A stretch of 63,694 bases of DNA, filler included, from Porpidia crustulata (taxonomy: Eukaryota), in the NCBI GenBank assembly GCA_964255105.1. It is 7 parts of 7 records of this genome, joined end to end, with 100 filler letters (N's around TTAATTAATTAA, not from the genome) between each part and the next. Parts side by side here need not be neighbours in the genome. Positions count along the whole stretch, not along the records: positions 18,249 to 27,258 come from CAXUWE010001009.1; positions 27,359 to 36,368 come from CAXUWE010001010.1; positions 36,469 to 45,478 come from CAXUWE010001011.1; 4 more parts are not named here. One strand, 5' to 3'. The notes beneath the pieces were generated by a model. That model ran no database searches and was not told where the DNA came from. It saw nothing but the letters and a program-made list of their open reading frames with translations. Shown in pieces: positions 24,371-37,582 of the stretch. Positions within the stretch are counted from its first letter, which is position 1. Each line of letters begins with the position of its first letter. Made by a program: the position numbers and the translations under genes.

Positions 24371-27200
24371 TCAATAAGCGGGTTGCGTCGGTGTGACTGC
24401 GCCTCTCGAAGGCGACATGCTGAATGGAGCTAAAACTTTCTTCGCGTTGCAGACACGCCATGCCAGGTCTGGGAATATCGTTAGCAAATTTGCTGCTGGG
24501 AAAAGGCTTCTAGCCCTACTTTTGACATTCCCATCCGCTTGAACAACCTCTGGTGCGAATTCGATGCCAAACCTGGATCCCAATCAGTAGGTGTCATTAT
24601 AGAGTCCTTGGCGCGAAAGACTTACATCTGGTGCACAGCGAACACCACTCTCTTAGCATATTTTCCTTCCCTCTCAACCAAGCAGCCAAATCTCCCATCC
24701 ACGGTCGAAGGGGCTATGTTCGGGTCGCGGTCAAAGCAGTTCCTCACTAAATTCAACAAAGAATCCTCCACGGCAGTACGAATCAAGCCATTCTCATCTG
24801 ATTCGACGTCATTCTCATTAAACTTGCTAATATTGATCTCGAAAGGGAGCGAGATGGCCATAACGTTGTGCTTGCCGTTGTGGTGATATCGAAACTCGAA
24901 AACTCCAGTCGTCCACCATAGCTTATCGCCAGAGAACTCCATTTCCCCGGATAGGTAGTCTTTAGATCCCCCGTCTTTTCGACGAGCGCCCGATTTCCGG
25001 CTATCGCTAACGAGAATACCTTGATCGGCTTTGATGGAATCGTAGCGATCTTTGTTCGTAGCGACCCATCTACCTTGCGAAGGTATTCTTGTTGCTTCTC
25101 GAGAAGCATTGTCTGCGACCATGTAGAGGCCTACCCAGTCTTTCTTGCTGTGGTTTAACGGTGCAGTCCACCGTACTTTGATCGGCGCGCCATATTCAAA
25201 TATCAAGGTCTTGAAGTTGGATCGCTTCTTCGACACCATTTGACCATCCTTTCCCTCTTTACCACTCCCTCTTTCCGATGTACCATTTGCAAGCGAGGGT
25301 ATACCTTCAATCTCTAGCGAGTAATCTTTAGGGTCATAACCCGCAAGATCCGGCGCTAGCCGTGTGATACTAATGCGAGCTGGATGTTTGAAGAGGGCAG
25401 TAGAATCCTTGACAAACGAAGTCATCCCAGCGGCGATCTTTGGCCGAGCGGCATCAACGAAGTCTTCAATAGAATCAAGTGTCTCGGCTAGCATTTTGTC
25501 GACGCTACCATGCCATTGCCGTAATGGTGGTGGAAGCGATCGCTTCAGGCTTTTGACTAAGCCAGATTCTCGACGCAGACTTTGTCCGTACAGCTTTTGC
25601 ATGTGAGGTCGCTCGACGAATTGGATGAACATGAGACTGAGGACATGGCTAAGTAGAGCAAGGAAAAAGATTGCGCTGCTCTCTGTGATCAACGCCGCAC
25701 CCCAGACACCAGCCAAGCCAATGACCCGCTCGGGATTATTCAGAAACCTATAGATTCCACTGTAGGTTAATTTGGGAGACTGATGGAAGAAAAAATCGCC
25801 AAAAAACCAGCCAAATTCACCGAGTGAATCATATATACTGATCGCTGTCCATATCTGAAGGGAGATGAGGCCTGAGCCAACCACATGCTTCAGTAGCACT
25901 AATCCGTAGCCCCAGTCGGGTGGTAGAGAATACATCTTCCAAGAGGCGGCAACAAAGCTGGCGTAGCACATTGTTGTACTTAGATGGTACATGCCTTTCC
26001 ACTGACGCCAAGCTTCTTCTGTGCTTTCTCCGTACTTTAGAAAATGACGCGTCCATCGTTTCCTTGATGATTGGCGATTGAGCACGTAGCCAACGCCTAT
26101 CGAGTACCATATCCGCCACAAAGCTGCATTAATGACAAAGAGTGCTTGGAATAATTGTGTTGATGGGGTTAGCAATACTAGACTAAAAAGGTAGATCTGA
26201 AGAAGAATCACTGAGGTATCCGTGACTCTGTGAAGGTCGATATTCTGGAAGCCGAGAAGGTTGTGAACCGGAGAGGGCTGGTTAGTAGAGGCTAGTGGTG
26301 GTGCACCATTAGTATTCCCATCCTGAGCAGCTTGAAGTTCATCATTATCCTGATCTGACTCTGAAATTTGCTTTCGAGGTGGGGGAGAATTGTAAGTCTT
26401 CTCAATGTGCGGGTTCTCAACGCACACAAGGAATGCGAATTGCGCAGCATGAGCGACGATTGAAATGAACAGAACTTTGTAGCTAGCAGCCATCAAAGAT
26501 ATGCCATAGTAGCCAGCATAGCCGACAGAGTACATAGGGTGAGGGGCCATTTCGAAGACTCCGTCAAATGTTAATTCCTGATCAATGAGATAGAAAAAGT
26601 CACCCCAGTACCAAGCATAGTCCTTAACCACGCGATGAGCATCAAGCTTTACCCAGAGGTTGAAGCCAAATAATATCCATCCGGTCACCCATCGTAGCAC
26701 AGTGAGGGCAGCACCTTCATTCGCGGGCCGCCCCCCGCACACCATAGCAAAAAGGCAATAGGAAACGAAGTCACACATAAGTATAAGATCAACCACTCTC
26801 CGGAAGACCAGCCATGTATTGTACTCGACAGGTACATCTTCAAATTTGTAGTCATCGGGTATCTTGGTCTCCATCTCACGTTTCAAGAGTTTGTAGAGCA
26901 TTGGATGTGGATTCTCACCAGTCTTGGGATCTAGAAAGAGCTTCGACTTTTTTGCCCAGGCGACGAGCCTCCGGTGATGTGATTGAATGTGCAGAAGATA
27001 CCCTATTCCGACGTTGTAGCACGCCCGCCAAAAGAGGAATATTATAGCAAACAGCGGTACCCGTAGCCTAGAGGGCAGGAAATATGCTGCGAGGATATGT
27101 ATACCCAGGACCGCTAAGACAAGGGCGTCTGAGAAGTTCTTTGGTTGACTTGGTGAGAGGAGTTGTGAGACCATATCGTGGGTTTGAGGTACAGTGAATA
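24371..27200 (-). CDS. CHO2: Phosphatidylethanolamine N-methyltransferase, 5' exon(s) lost at contig end
   Basis: Two PEMT modules ([21 protein letters not shown]...[27 protein letters not shown]...[12 protein letters not shown]). C-terminal exons [30 protein letters not shown] with intron 24469-24519. Confidence 0.95.
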
Positions 27201-27258
27201 CTACAGTGGCAGTCATTAGCAACTTTTACGCCGCAATCATAACCAATCGATGGACTGC

Positions 27259-27358
27259 NNNNNNNNNNNNNNNNNNNNNNNNNNNNNNNNNNNNNNNNNN
27301 NNTTAATTAATTAANNNNNNNNNNNNNNNNNNNNNNNNNNNNNNNNNNNNNNNNNNNN
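27259..27358. other. Artificial contig spacer
   Basis: N44-TTAATTAATTAA-N44. Confidence 0.97.
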
Positions 27359-30300
27359 CCTTGGCCCTAAGCCCGACTTTCCCCTTGTCATCAATAAACG
27401 TCTCATAACCCCGCTTATCCAGCACCTCCTCGGGCACCCCCCTCCTCGGCTCCAACGCCCTCACAATCTCCGAGTTCTCGCGGTTGCCCTCGAGCAGGAA
27501 GCGCAAGCACATGATGGCGTGTTCGCGGATGTACGGATTGTTGGCGTCGAAGTTGCAGCAGCTGAGTATCATCTCGACGCCGCCGTACTGGCGGATCTGG
27601 TTCTGGACGGTGGTGGACTTCCACACCAGGCTGGAGAGGACGAGGACGACGAGTTTCTTCAGGTTGCGCCATTCGAAGTCGCTGGGGTCGGCGTTGTCGA
27701 TGGCGGCCGAGGGGGATTCGGAGGCGGACGAGGGGGCGTAGTCGGCGGTCGGGAAGCTGGGGTCGGTGAGATGGTCGTAGGGGCGTTCGACGAGGCCCGG
27801 GAGGGTGGTTGACGGACCGGGCTTGGAGGAGTCTTCGGTTGTGGGAGCTGCTTCGGCCTCGGCGAGGGTTTGGGGTACCATTGTGGAAGTGAGAGGCGCT
27901 TTGGGGATGCTGGCGTCGAGTTCGCGGAGAAGGGTCACGAGTTCGGAGACGACTTCCCAGCTGACCAGGAGTCCTTTCCAGTCTTCAGACTCGGTGAGGA
28001 CGGCGAAGAATTCAAGGAATTGATAGACCCCTTCGTAAACGCGTTCCATATCCCAAAGGTTGAGTGGAAAGTCTTCAGGTAAGGCGGCGCCGGCTCGGAT
28101 TTGGCCTTGGAGGTAGATCAGAGCGCAAGTCTCGGGAATGATGCATTGACGGAAAATGGTGAAGATGTATTTGACGATGAGGAGGTCTACACGAGTTGGA
28201 GCTTCACGGCGCGGTGGGACTGCAGTTGAGATTGGGCCTCTTGACGTGGCGGGTGGAAGACCTTGCTTGCCGCGGAAGATCTGTGTGAGGATCTTAATGA
28301 CCATTGACTGCGCTGGGGAAACAATATCCTTGACTTCTCCGAAAGCTTGGTAGGCAAATGGCATCAGACCATTCTCCAGGATAGCCTGCATAATTTGCTG
28401 CATCATCTTGAAATAGAACTCATCATCCTGTAAGTCCCAAGCTGCAATAAAGATGAGCAGTTCCCTCAAAAGGTTCCGACCGGCCTCTTGTGCTAGTAAG
28501 ATATTGCATCGTACACCCTGCATGTTCTGGCCTTCTTTGCCATCTGGCCCAGGCTTTGGCCCAAGCCCACCGACGATGCCAGCTTGAATAATCATGGGCA
28601 ATGCTTCGATTTCTTGGGGGCCAAGTACCAGAGGAATATCTGTTAGTAGTCCACGCTCTTGATCTCCAGGTCCACGATATTCATCGTCTTCTTCATCATT
28701 ATTATCAGCGGTACTACCATCAGGGGGGACATCTGATTCACGAACGTCTCCTTCATCGTTGTCCGAAGCCGCATACGGTCCAGGCTCATCGCCTTCATCC
28801 TCAGGAGAAGTATCTTGAAGTCGAGCCATCAATTGATCTTTGGCCAACTGGAGGGTCACAGCAGCCGATTGTGGGGTACGCACACATCTCATATCTTCGG
28901 CCTTGATGGTACTTGCACGAATGTCAACGTGTAGGGTAGTGTCAGGCAAGTTAGTCCAGCTCCAAGATTGGTTTTGAGGCAGTGTGGACGAGGATTCATT
29001 GTCGGACATTCGAGCTGGCTTTAGCAGTAGAGGCTCGCCTTGTAATACCTCGGTGCTCCCTACCGCTTTCTTAGGGTTTTGCTTGATCGTGAGATTTACT
29101 AAGCCGTCCACGGTCTCTGCTATCTTAGATTCGAGTTGCGCTGTCGCTTCAGGGCGTGTGTCATTCACAGAAGCGACTCCTTCCTCATCTTGGGAGTGGG
29201 CTACCAAATTTTCAGCTGCACGGCTTGCAGCTCGCTTGGCCAGGATCGTCATATTGGGGTCTATAGCTGCGATCGCCTCCTCATCCTTCATTGGATCGAC
29301 ATTTCCTGAAAAGTAATGATCTGCAGTTCGCGAATTGGCAAAAAGATCTAGCCATAACAGGAGCTTACGCTTCTCATTATGGATAACGAGGTTATGGAGA
29401 AATTGCAGTGAGGTGATGAGGAGTTTCTTGTCTATACAAGACCTGTTAGCCAAGATTAAATTGAAGGGACTCCATGAGCTGTGAGAGCATAACACTAAGC
29501 CATTTCACCTAGAGATAGTTTAGAAGTGATTGACTTACATAATCTCACCACGTTGGTCCATTGTGTCTCATTACGGCTTCCAGCATCTCCGTCGTAACCT
29601 CGTGCTGTAACTTTTACGCAGACCTCAACAAGCTTTACTACCTGTTGGTCGATCTGACTATCTCCTGCAAGATTTTGAGCTCGTTTGGTAGTGGCAAGCA
29701 TATTCCTTGCAATCGTCAGGAAATCATCCAGCCGTTCTAAATCTCCCATCAAGGTGTTATGGTTCAGGGCCATCAACGCGGATGACGAGCCGTTGCAGTT
29801 CGTAGCTGAGGGATCATCAGAAGCAAAGGATTGCACTTCTAGAACAGGAATTGCTGTTTCGAAGACAGCATTGAGTTCTTTCCATACGGCAGGATCAGCT
29901 CCAAGAAAATGACTGCAGATCGATTAGCCCTGACGCTGAGGTCATCGTTCCTCATATCTGAGTAAATAAGCATTAGGGATCAGCGAGTCTAGAAGTGAGC
30001 TATCTGATACAAATTAAAGATCAAATGACTACTGAAGTAGACAGCTAGAGTAGCTGATAACAAGATAGGCTTGAAAGGGAAGCAGTATTGGGACGAATGG
30101 ATTGGGACGAATCATGTTTAAAACGTCTCGGGGAACGCACATGTGCTGCCAATCGCCCAGGCATGTTCTATCCCAATGAAGCATAACCAAGACATCCACA
30201 CAGAAGACTGTAGGCTAGGAAACCGTCCATTCCAACCCTGAACTCGAGAAGGTGTAATGTGTAAAAGTGTAGTGATAAACAGATGAAAATACCTTGATAG

Positions 30301-30961
30301 CATGAAAGATTGTGGAAGTTGCTTACCGAACCTCCTGGGCCCGTTGGGTTCGTCCAAGTATTTTCTTGGTAGTGTCCATGACCTTTGCAAAGGTTCTCTC
30401 TGGAAGCGAATTTCGGTTTTCGAAGAGGGCTTGAGTGGACATTAAGCAAACTTTGAGTCCAAGCTGCTCTGCCTCCTGCTTTGGTTTTTTCCCAGGCTCT
30501 GGGGCCATCTTAGCCTCACCTGGCTTGTCGTCGCTGCGTGTGTTGTTCTTGCGACCTGTATTGTTATGGATGTCTGCCTTGATGTAACCCAAAAGTTTGA
30601 TGGGTACTTTCAACGCATTGGTATCCACAGAAAACCATATGCCTTTGCGGTTCAACTTCTCATCAAGCTGAAGTTTGTCTGCGCCAGTGTTGAGTGAAAA
30701 TCTCACACGCTGGGCAAAGTGCAGCACTGGATCTGGACTGTACCAGCGATTTTTTGCCCTGTGTGCTTCTTGTAATAAGCCCAGTGGCTTCAGAAAATAG
30801 GAGGGGATGAATCGTTCTTCAGAAAAGTCCCTAAGATATTCAAGTAACTGTTTTCGTTCCCCGTCTTCGACAAGATGTAGCAAGCCGCGTAGTACAGCCA
30901 ATTGTTCTCGAAGGCTTGTGGAAGCCGAGGCTGATTCGTCCGTGGGGACTGAGTCAGCCAT
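27359..30961 (-). CDS. CTR86: Ataxin-10 domain protein (Ctr86-like), 3' end at contig break
   Basis: C-terminal ataxin-10 block KKLVVLVLSSLVWK...QNQIRQYGGVEMILSCCNFDANNPYIREHAIMCLRFLLEGNREN. Exon 1 ends AQEVR|GTAAGC (~30326) and splices in phase to HFLGADPAVW (~29912). Start is ATG 30961 or ATG 30508. Confidence 0.8.
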
Positions 30962-32040
30962 TGTGGCACCGTGGCACCCTGGTCGCTCAACCCCACTTGC
31001 CGCTTCAAGGATAAATGCCGTGTTCCGATATGAGGCTGATAGTGATGATTCGAAATGAATGCCGCCCTTTTTTCGTTTTAGACGGTCCTAGATGCAGGTA
31101 TTGATACTGACATAACTCAGTAGGAATCAAGATGTTTGGGGATGATACTTTTGTTTATGTATCTTGAGGGGTCCTTCCATTTGGATGTGAAGCAACAGGA
31201 TATTATCAACCGCGCGTCTGTAGCCCTACATCTTCTAAGTTCTGAGGCGCCGCGTATATCAAAATTTTCTTCTGCTTCGATGTAATTACTTCGTGTCCTG
31301 GCGTTGGACACAACTCCTCACGATTTCTCCTCCAACTGCAGAACGCTAAGATTCCAAGAGTCAACTTCATCATCCGCTATTCAACGGGCGCCATCATTTC
31401 TTGGCCTAAGCAATCGTATCAAGAGTCATAAAGCCAGTAATACTGAAGCTTTTCACACGTCTATCAAGGCGTGGAGAATCAACTCTCAAATCTCAGGAAT
31501 TTTAAAGACCGTTTCTGGATTTGAAATTATCCGGCTACCCTTTGCAGCCATGAACTCTTTATCGCTCCTCGTCGTGTCCCAGATTGATACGACAAAAAGA
31601 TAGATGCAAGTCAACTGATAGATTTATAAGGGAACCTCTATTTCAAGGAAGGCCTTTACAGACTTATATAGTAACACATCCATCATTCAAAATTTAATCT
31701 TCCAACATATGAAGCCGCTACGCGAGTACTTAAGTATTATTCACCCGCTTTGTGTTTCTGAGAGGCCGAGTCATCATGATGGGGACATTATGACATGGGT
31801 TCTGATATGGATGTTGTTTTCCTTGGTCCTGATGAAATTATTCATGTACGAAGCCCTTTGAAGCTACAGGTTTCATTCAATTAGGGTAATTGCCACTATG
31901 GCCCTTAACCTACCATCGTTCCTTCCTGTTCAGATACTTTGAAACACTAAAACATCCTTAACTTTTCATCTCCCCACCAACGAATATCTCAGACAGAACC
32001 CACCGAGGCCTCTTACGATCCTTCACCTAAATTACAACCT

Positions 32041-33219
32041 ATGTCCTCAAGCTACGGCACTCTCGACATGAATATTAACGACCACTTGCGCACCCCGACA
32101 CTCCCATTCACAAGGACGAATCGAACCACAAATACAACCCCAACTCGTACGGCCACAGGCCTCCCTTTCGCAAGACGTTTTCCAGATAATGTCCGCAATC
32201 ATTTTGTTGCCATGTGTGGAGAATTCATTGGCACTGTGCTTTTTTTATTTTTCGCTCTCTCCGGTACGCAGGTTGCTAATAACATCCCTTCAACGACGGT
32301 TGCCGGCACTACACAGCCTGCAAAGGTGGTAGGAAGTAATCCTTCGCAGCTGCAGTACATTGCTCTTTGTTTTGGATTCAGTCTTGCGGTAAATGCGTGG
32401 GTGTTCTTTCGAATATCTGGGGGACTGTTCAATCCCGCAGTGAGTAGCCTGGAATAGTTCGGACGCTCTCTCGAACGAGAATTGAAATTTCTACCTTTTC
32501 TGAACGCTACTCTCTTGCTCTGCAATCTGCAAATAATGTTCCTCAATCTACACTCAAGACATATCTGACACCCTCAAAGGTAACCTTTGGCCTTCTCCTC
32601 GTCGGCGCCCTCGACTTCGTTCGTGCCGCGATCCTAATCCCTGCGCAGATGCTGGGCGGCATTGTAGCTGCGGCTCTTGTTTCCTGCATCTTCCCTGGCC
32701 CTTTGACCGTTTCAACCACTCTCGGCGGCAGTACCTCCATCGCGCAAGGTCTCTTTATCGAAATGTTTCTGACTTTCCAGCTCGTTTTCACCATCTTTAT
32801 GCTTGCGGCTGAAAAACACAAGAGTACTTTCCTGGCGCCCATCGGTATTGGACTATCGCTGTTCATTAGTGAACTTACCGGTACAGAACCTCTCTTGGCT
32901 GACCGCGGCTACATCATGATCTCGATCCTATGAGTGCTAATAATGGATAACAGGCGTCTACTTCACCGGCGGATCTCTCAACCCTGCCCGCTCATTCGGA
33001 CCTGCAGTTGTAATTCACAGCTTTGAGCGCTACCACTGGATTTACTGGGCAGGGCCTCTCTTGGGAGCCTTACTTGCGGCCGCTTTCTACAAGTTCATCA
33101 AGCTGCTGGAGTATGAAACCGCGAATCCAGGACAGGATGCCAACATGGACTCTGACGCTGTGGTTGGAAGCTCGACGGGGACAGCAGCATTGGACGATAA
33201 GAGGAAGGGAGAGATTTAG
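32041..33219 (+). CDS. AQY1: Aquaporin (MIP family, orthodox water-channel type)
   Basis: Both NPA boxes present ([25 protein letters not shown]) plus [11 protein letters not shown]. Introns ~32440-32579 and 32881-32953. Confidence 0.92.
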
Positions 33220-34545
33220 AATGAAATTGCTGGTGGGATTCGTGGGAAGGTTGAGGGTCGATCGCTGCTGCTCTGCTGTCCTTGAGCTGAGGCTAATCAT
33301 TCTTGCTTGACTGATTCGGTTGCATCGAATGCATGCCGAAACATGCTATAGCATAGCGTAAGTAATCATCAGATTAGTATCACTGTGCTGCGGTAAGCGT
33401 AAAAGGAGAGATGAGTAAGTTGATCTGACGGTATAATGAGATTATCAGCTTGTAAGGCTCAGTCAATTTCAGGCCTACCAGCAACGCATTGATCCCCATA
33501 AACATATTCGACAACCTACACTCCGTGCGAGGCGTCGCGTTACCCTGCTCCACTAATCTCGCCAATGCAGAATCCTTCAACAGTACTTCATTCAGCGCAC
33601 CGGGAGCCACGCTCCCCACGCCTCTACCCGTAATGAGCAGCCCAAAGTCTTTGCAGTCCTGCGTCGTCTGCGCTTCGCTGAGGACTCCTTTTCCCATGGC
33701 GTTGAGACTACTGGCGATGAAAACTGTGGATGATAACAAAGATGTACAAGAGCGGGAAGCGAGGCTGCGAGATCCTAGGACAGAAATATGGGTATCGTAG
33801 CGCTGAGGGTGAAGGCGAGGATGACGGTTGTGCGATGGGGTTCTTCGATCAGGATGCTGAGGATGTCTTGGTGGAAGACGGAGGCGGGGAATTGATGTTT
33901 GGTTGGAAGGGATTGAAGATATTGGAAAAACGAAGAGTAGACGTGTTGTTGACTTGGTAGTACTGATATGCGTTGTTCAATCATCCCGAGCGAGTGCCTT
34001 GATGGATTTCTTACAACCTGGATTGGTTCCTTTGAGCTTCGAAATGGATGTTGCGTTTCTCCTCATGTCCGAGGTGGCTTGGAGCACTGCGGCGGCCATT
34101 ACTAAGTTTCGTTGGAAGTAATTGAGGGTTATCGTGCAATTCTGTGTACTTGGTAGCGGTGATTGATGTATACAATCTAGTGTTGATAGGTTTGTATGAG
34201 ACCTCTTGCAAGATCCAAGTATTTTCATGCCACTGTGTTTCAGGTATTGGCAAATTGCTACGGCTTGAGCAAAACGGGTTGCGTACGATGCTGCTACGAA
34301 AAGTTCGAGGGGCAGCAACGTCTTCTTATTCTTAGGAGCTGCGATGTAGTGGCATAGTCTTTCAATCTCAGATGTAAGTGGTGAGCCAAAGAAGCGTTTG
34401 CTAGCATGAATCCAGTGGCAGCGCGATCCAGGCGGAATATCGATGCCATATTTGTAAAGCTTTTGCTAAAACGTATTTCTCAACAGCTTGATAACACCAA
34501 GATCCTCCGTGTCCAGAAATTTGGCTGATCTTTGTTTTATGAGGA

Positions 34546-35880
34546 TCAGCCTACCGCCAAGACGTCCCCTAAGTTGTCCCAGAAACCCAGGTCATACAGA
34601 TTGTCGACCTCGCTGAGACTTTGCACCCGCCGCCAGCGCCACTCTTGCTGCTGCGGCGAAATAGCTTCGCTGGATTCCATGCTACCATCGCGATTAGCGG
34701 GGAACTTGGGAGGTTGCCCATCTTCACATTTGACGATACGTTGATTGCTAGAGATTGGCCAATCAACTAGAGGCTCGTAATCGAGATCAAAGCGGGCCCC
34801 ATCAGGAAGACCTGTGTTACCTTCTAGCTTGTAGACAAGGCCATCTGCGATATCGTCCTTCCAGTCCGACCATTTGGAGTTTTCGTTCGTCGTCATGCCC
34901 GCCCAGATCAGGTAGATGTGATATAAGAACATACCCCAGGCGAGCGGTGCGGTCATGAAAGCCAGCATCCCGACGCCTCCGACTCGAATATCCTGAGTGA
35001 CAGCCCATGCCCAGGAACGGAAATATAGCGACCAGCTACGGCCCTTGCTCCAATGCTTGCGTGATTCCATGCCATCAGATCTGCGCAAGGTTTCGCTCTG
35101 CAGCGTCTCATCTAGAATTGTATAGGTCAAATATATGGCATAGATGAGCATGCTCGCGAGGCTTAAAAGCAAACCGATGAAGTAAATATAATTATCTTTT
35201 CCCAAGCAATTCATAACCCAAACGCAATGATGGTCGTGCTTGGCCACGCAAGCATTGCAAAAACTGCAATGCTTGCTTCTCGCAGGTTTCAGAAAGCGAC
35301 AAGTCCGACAGACCTGCCCAGGCTCATACAGTACATGATCGTAAGGGTAATACCGCATATTTTGCCAGTGATTTTGTGAAGTTACCACAGATGAGGTAGA
35401 GGTCACACAACGATACGTGAAATAGTGTGGAGTGAAACTTGAAATCAACGCAAAGACTCTATGCAAGACCCTTAAGCGTGGTAATGCTGCCGGGATAAAA
35501 AGCATCTGGGAGCCAAATACGATTCCAAGATAGAAGACCTGGTAGTGGTCAGACATACACGACACCCTCCGGTCGACGAAAACCCTACCAGGACCAGAGG
35601 ATGATTCTCGTGCATGAGATAGTGACTGGAGCGGGTAAAGAAAGGGCCAAGGCGTCCGCCAGTAAGGTAAACATCAAGAATCCGGAAGTACGAAGGAATC
35701 TTAATCCATATCATGCGATGTAAAATTCCAACCGGACCTCGCCTTCTCGAAGTCAATAGAAGACTGTGAGAAGCAAAGCTGGATTACATACCGAAAGGCA
35801 GGAAGTCGCCCAAACAAAGCTACGAAAGTGACACAAGAAAAGAACAAGACTGCTAATGCGACGTTCTTGACAACACCCAT
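34546..35880 (-). CDS. SWF1: DHHC palmitoyltransferase Swf1
   Basis: Exon 1 MGVVKNVALAVLFFSCVTFVALFGRLPAFR. DHHC-CRD CRTCRFLKPARSKHCSFCNACVAKHDHHCVWVMNCLG, then GMTTNE and NLYDLGFWDNL. Two introns. Confidence 0.9.
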
Positions 35881-36368
35881 ACTGTGTAATGATTGTACCC
35901 ACTGTCGATGGACGAGGTGAGGTGGAAGCGTTGGGACGCGTGTTCATCTATGATTGTTTTGGGAGTGACGGGATCACGTTGGTTACACAACACTCAATGC
36001 ACTCGATTATCTAGGCTGTATCTCAGACTTCACTCATTTTTATCAGAACAGTCTTGCTGTATTTAAAAGTCTAGTCCCCATTTTAGAATTTAGTGAATCT
36101 CATCGAGCAAAAGCTCAAATTTGCTAAAATTTGCTTTGCACTGCGTACAGCAACTTAGACGTTTAATTATTTTATAATCTGAACCGATAGAAATAATAAT
36201 CTATATGTGCGCATAAATTACACACGCAATTATAAATAATAAATCGTTGACCTTAAGGCGCTGTGTACGCACGAAGTGAGTTGCATTTAACATAAATTTA
36301 ATTTAATTGTTGTAAATGTTGAAAACAGAGCATCTAGGTCCTACGACTAGGTGTTCGGGGTGCTTACG

Positions 36369-36468
36369 NNNNNNNNNNNNNNNNNNNNNNNNNNNNNNNN
36401 NNNNNNNNNNNNTTAATTAATTAANNNNNNNNNNNNNNNNNNNNNNNNNNNNNNNNNNNNNNNNNNNN
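36369..36468. other. Artificial contig spacer
   Basis: N44-TTAATTAATTAA-N44. Confidence 0.97.
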
Positions 36469-37190
36469 TACTAATGACCAATAGGCGATCAACTGGCCTT
36501 GGCGGTCAATTGGCCTTTAACATATAATCACATGTTCAGCATATGCTGAACGTGTGCTCAATTGAAATTATAAAAATTTCTTAATTTTTAGAAGTAAAAT
36601 TACATATTTAATGTTAAAATGATTTATTATGTATGCTCTGCATATGCTGCGTATATGTTACAGATATGCCACGTACATGCTGCGTACATGCTGTGTATAT
36701 GTGTTTTCTGACCCTGACGAGGTTTCGGCTCTTTTCGACCCGCGTTCACCTTGTGCCGATGTACGACTTCTGACCCCCGCCGAGGTTTTTCCGACACTAG
36801 CCGAGCTGAGACCCGCTTGTGTAGACTGCTGTCTAAACGAAACCGCCGAGGTGAAACTATCTACGTTTCAAACAACTCTGAAGAAATGCGAGACTCTGGA
36901 TTGACTGCCCTGTGATCGGCTCGAGCTGTCAGTGGATTTTCAAAGATTGTTCCAAGCACGCTCTGCTGCTTAAAATCCTGCCATTCATCGAAAGAGCAGA
37001 GTTCAAAGCAGAGCAAGCACAAGAACAATGAGAGTTCAACATTAAAAAGGACACAAGAGAATCTTGTTCACAGCATCGCTCGGAACAATGCAAGCACGAG
37101 AGATTAAAAAGCTGATGATGATACATCTCACTACCTCGATAAACATGAACATGAAAAACTTCGTTCACTTTCACTTTTAGCTCTGAAGGT
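36469..37190. mobile_element. Possible decayed DNA-transposon end or remnant
   Basis: Terminal doublet GGCGATCAACTGGCC/GGCGGTCAATTGGCC, a 28-bp near-palindrome at 36529-36556, degenerate 11-mers (CATATGCTGCG-like), repeated CTGACCC..CGAGGTTT, AT-rich and stop-riddled. No transposase ORF seen. Confidence 0.35.
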
Positions 37191-37582
37191 GAGGCGATGC
37201 TGCTTTACTCTGAGCCGCGGGAGGGGGGGGTTTCCTGAGTACTCCCGGAGCCGATTCTGAGTTGAATGAGACGGTGAAGAGGCGCAGCATACAGGAGCCT
37301 GAAATGGTTGCGGCTGAGTCTAAAAAGCAGACCTGCTGAACCTCATGCGCATTCTTTTTCGTTTCACAGTACTAGAACTGATTCAAACAGAGTTGGTAGC
37401 AAACTTTTAACAATGAGTGTCAGTCTTGTCTTCACTATCATTAAATATCAGAATTTTTCTCAGTACAAAGTCTCTGCTATACGTCATGTCATTAATCAAT
37501 GAGATCCTAAGCGTTTTCAAATCTGCAAATTTTACTGCGCCCGCTCTAGCACAAAGAGCACAAATCGGATGTATTAAAACAA

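Noticed and set aside
33380..34318. Possible gene or pseudogene between the aquaporin and SWF1 (minus-strand ORFs, splice-like signals)
   Set aside because: I could not assemble a consistent spliced frame or recognise a domain; it needs a translated homology search.
6826..35880. Apparent lipid/membrane gene cluster (SCT1, ACP1, CHO2, SWF1)
   Set aside because: The genes lie on four different contigs joined artificially.
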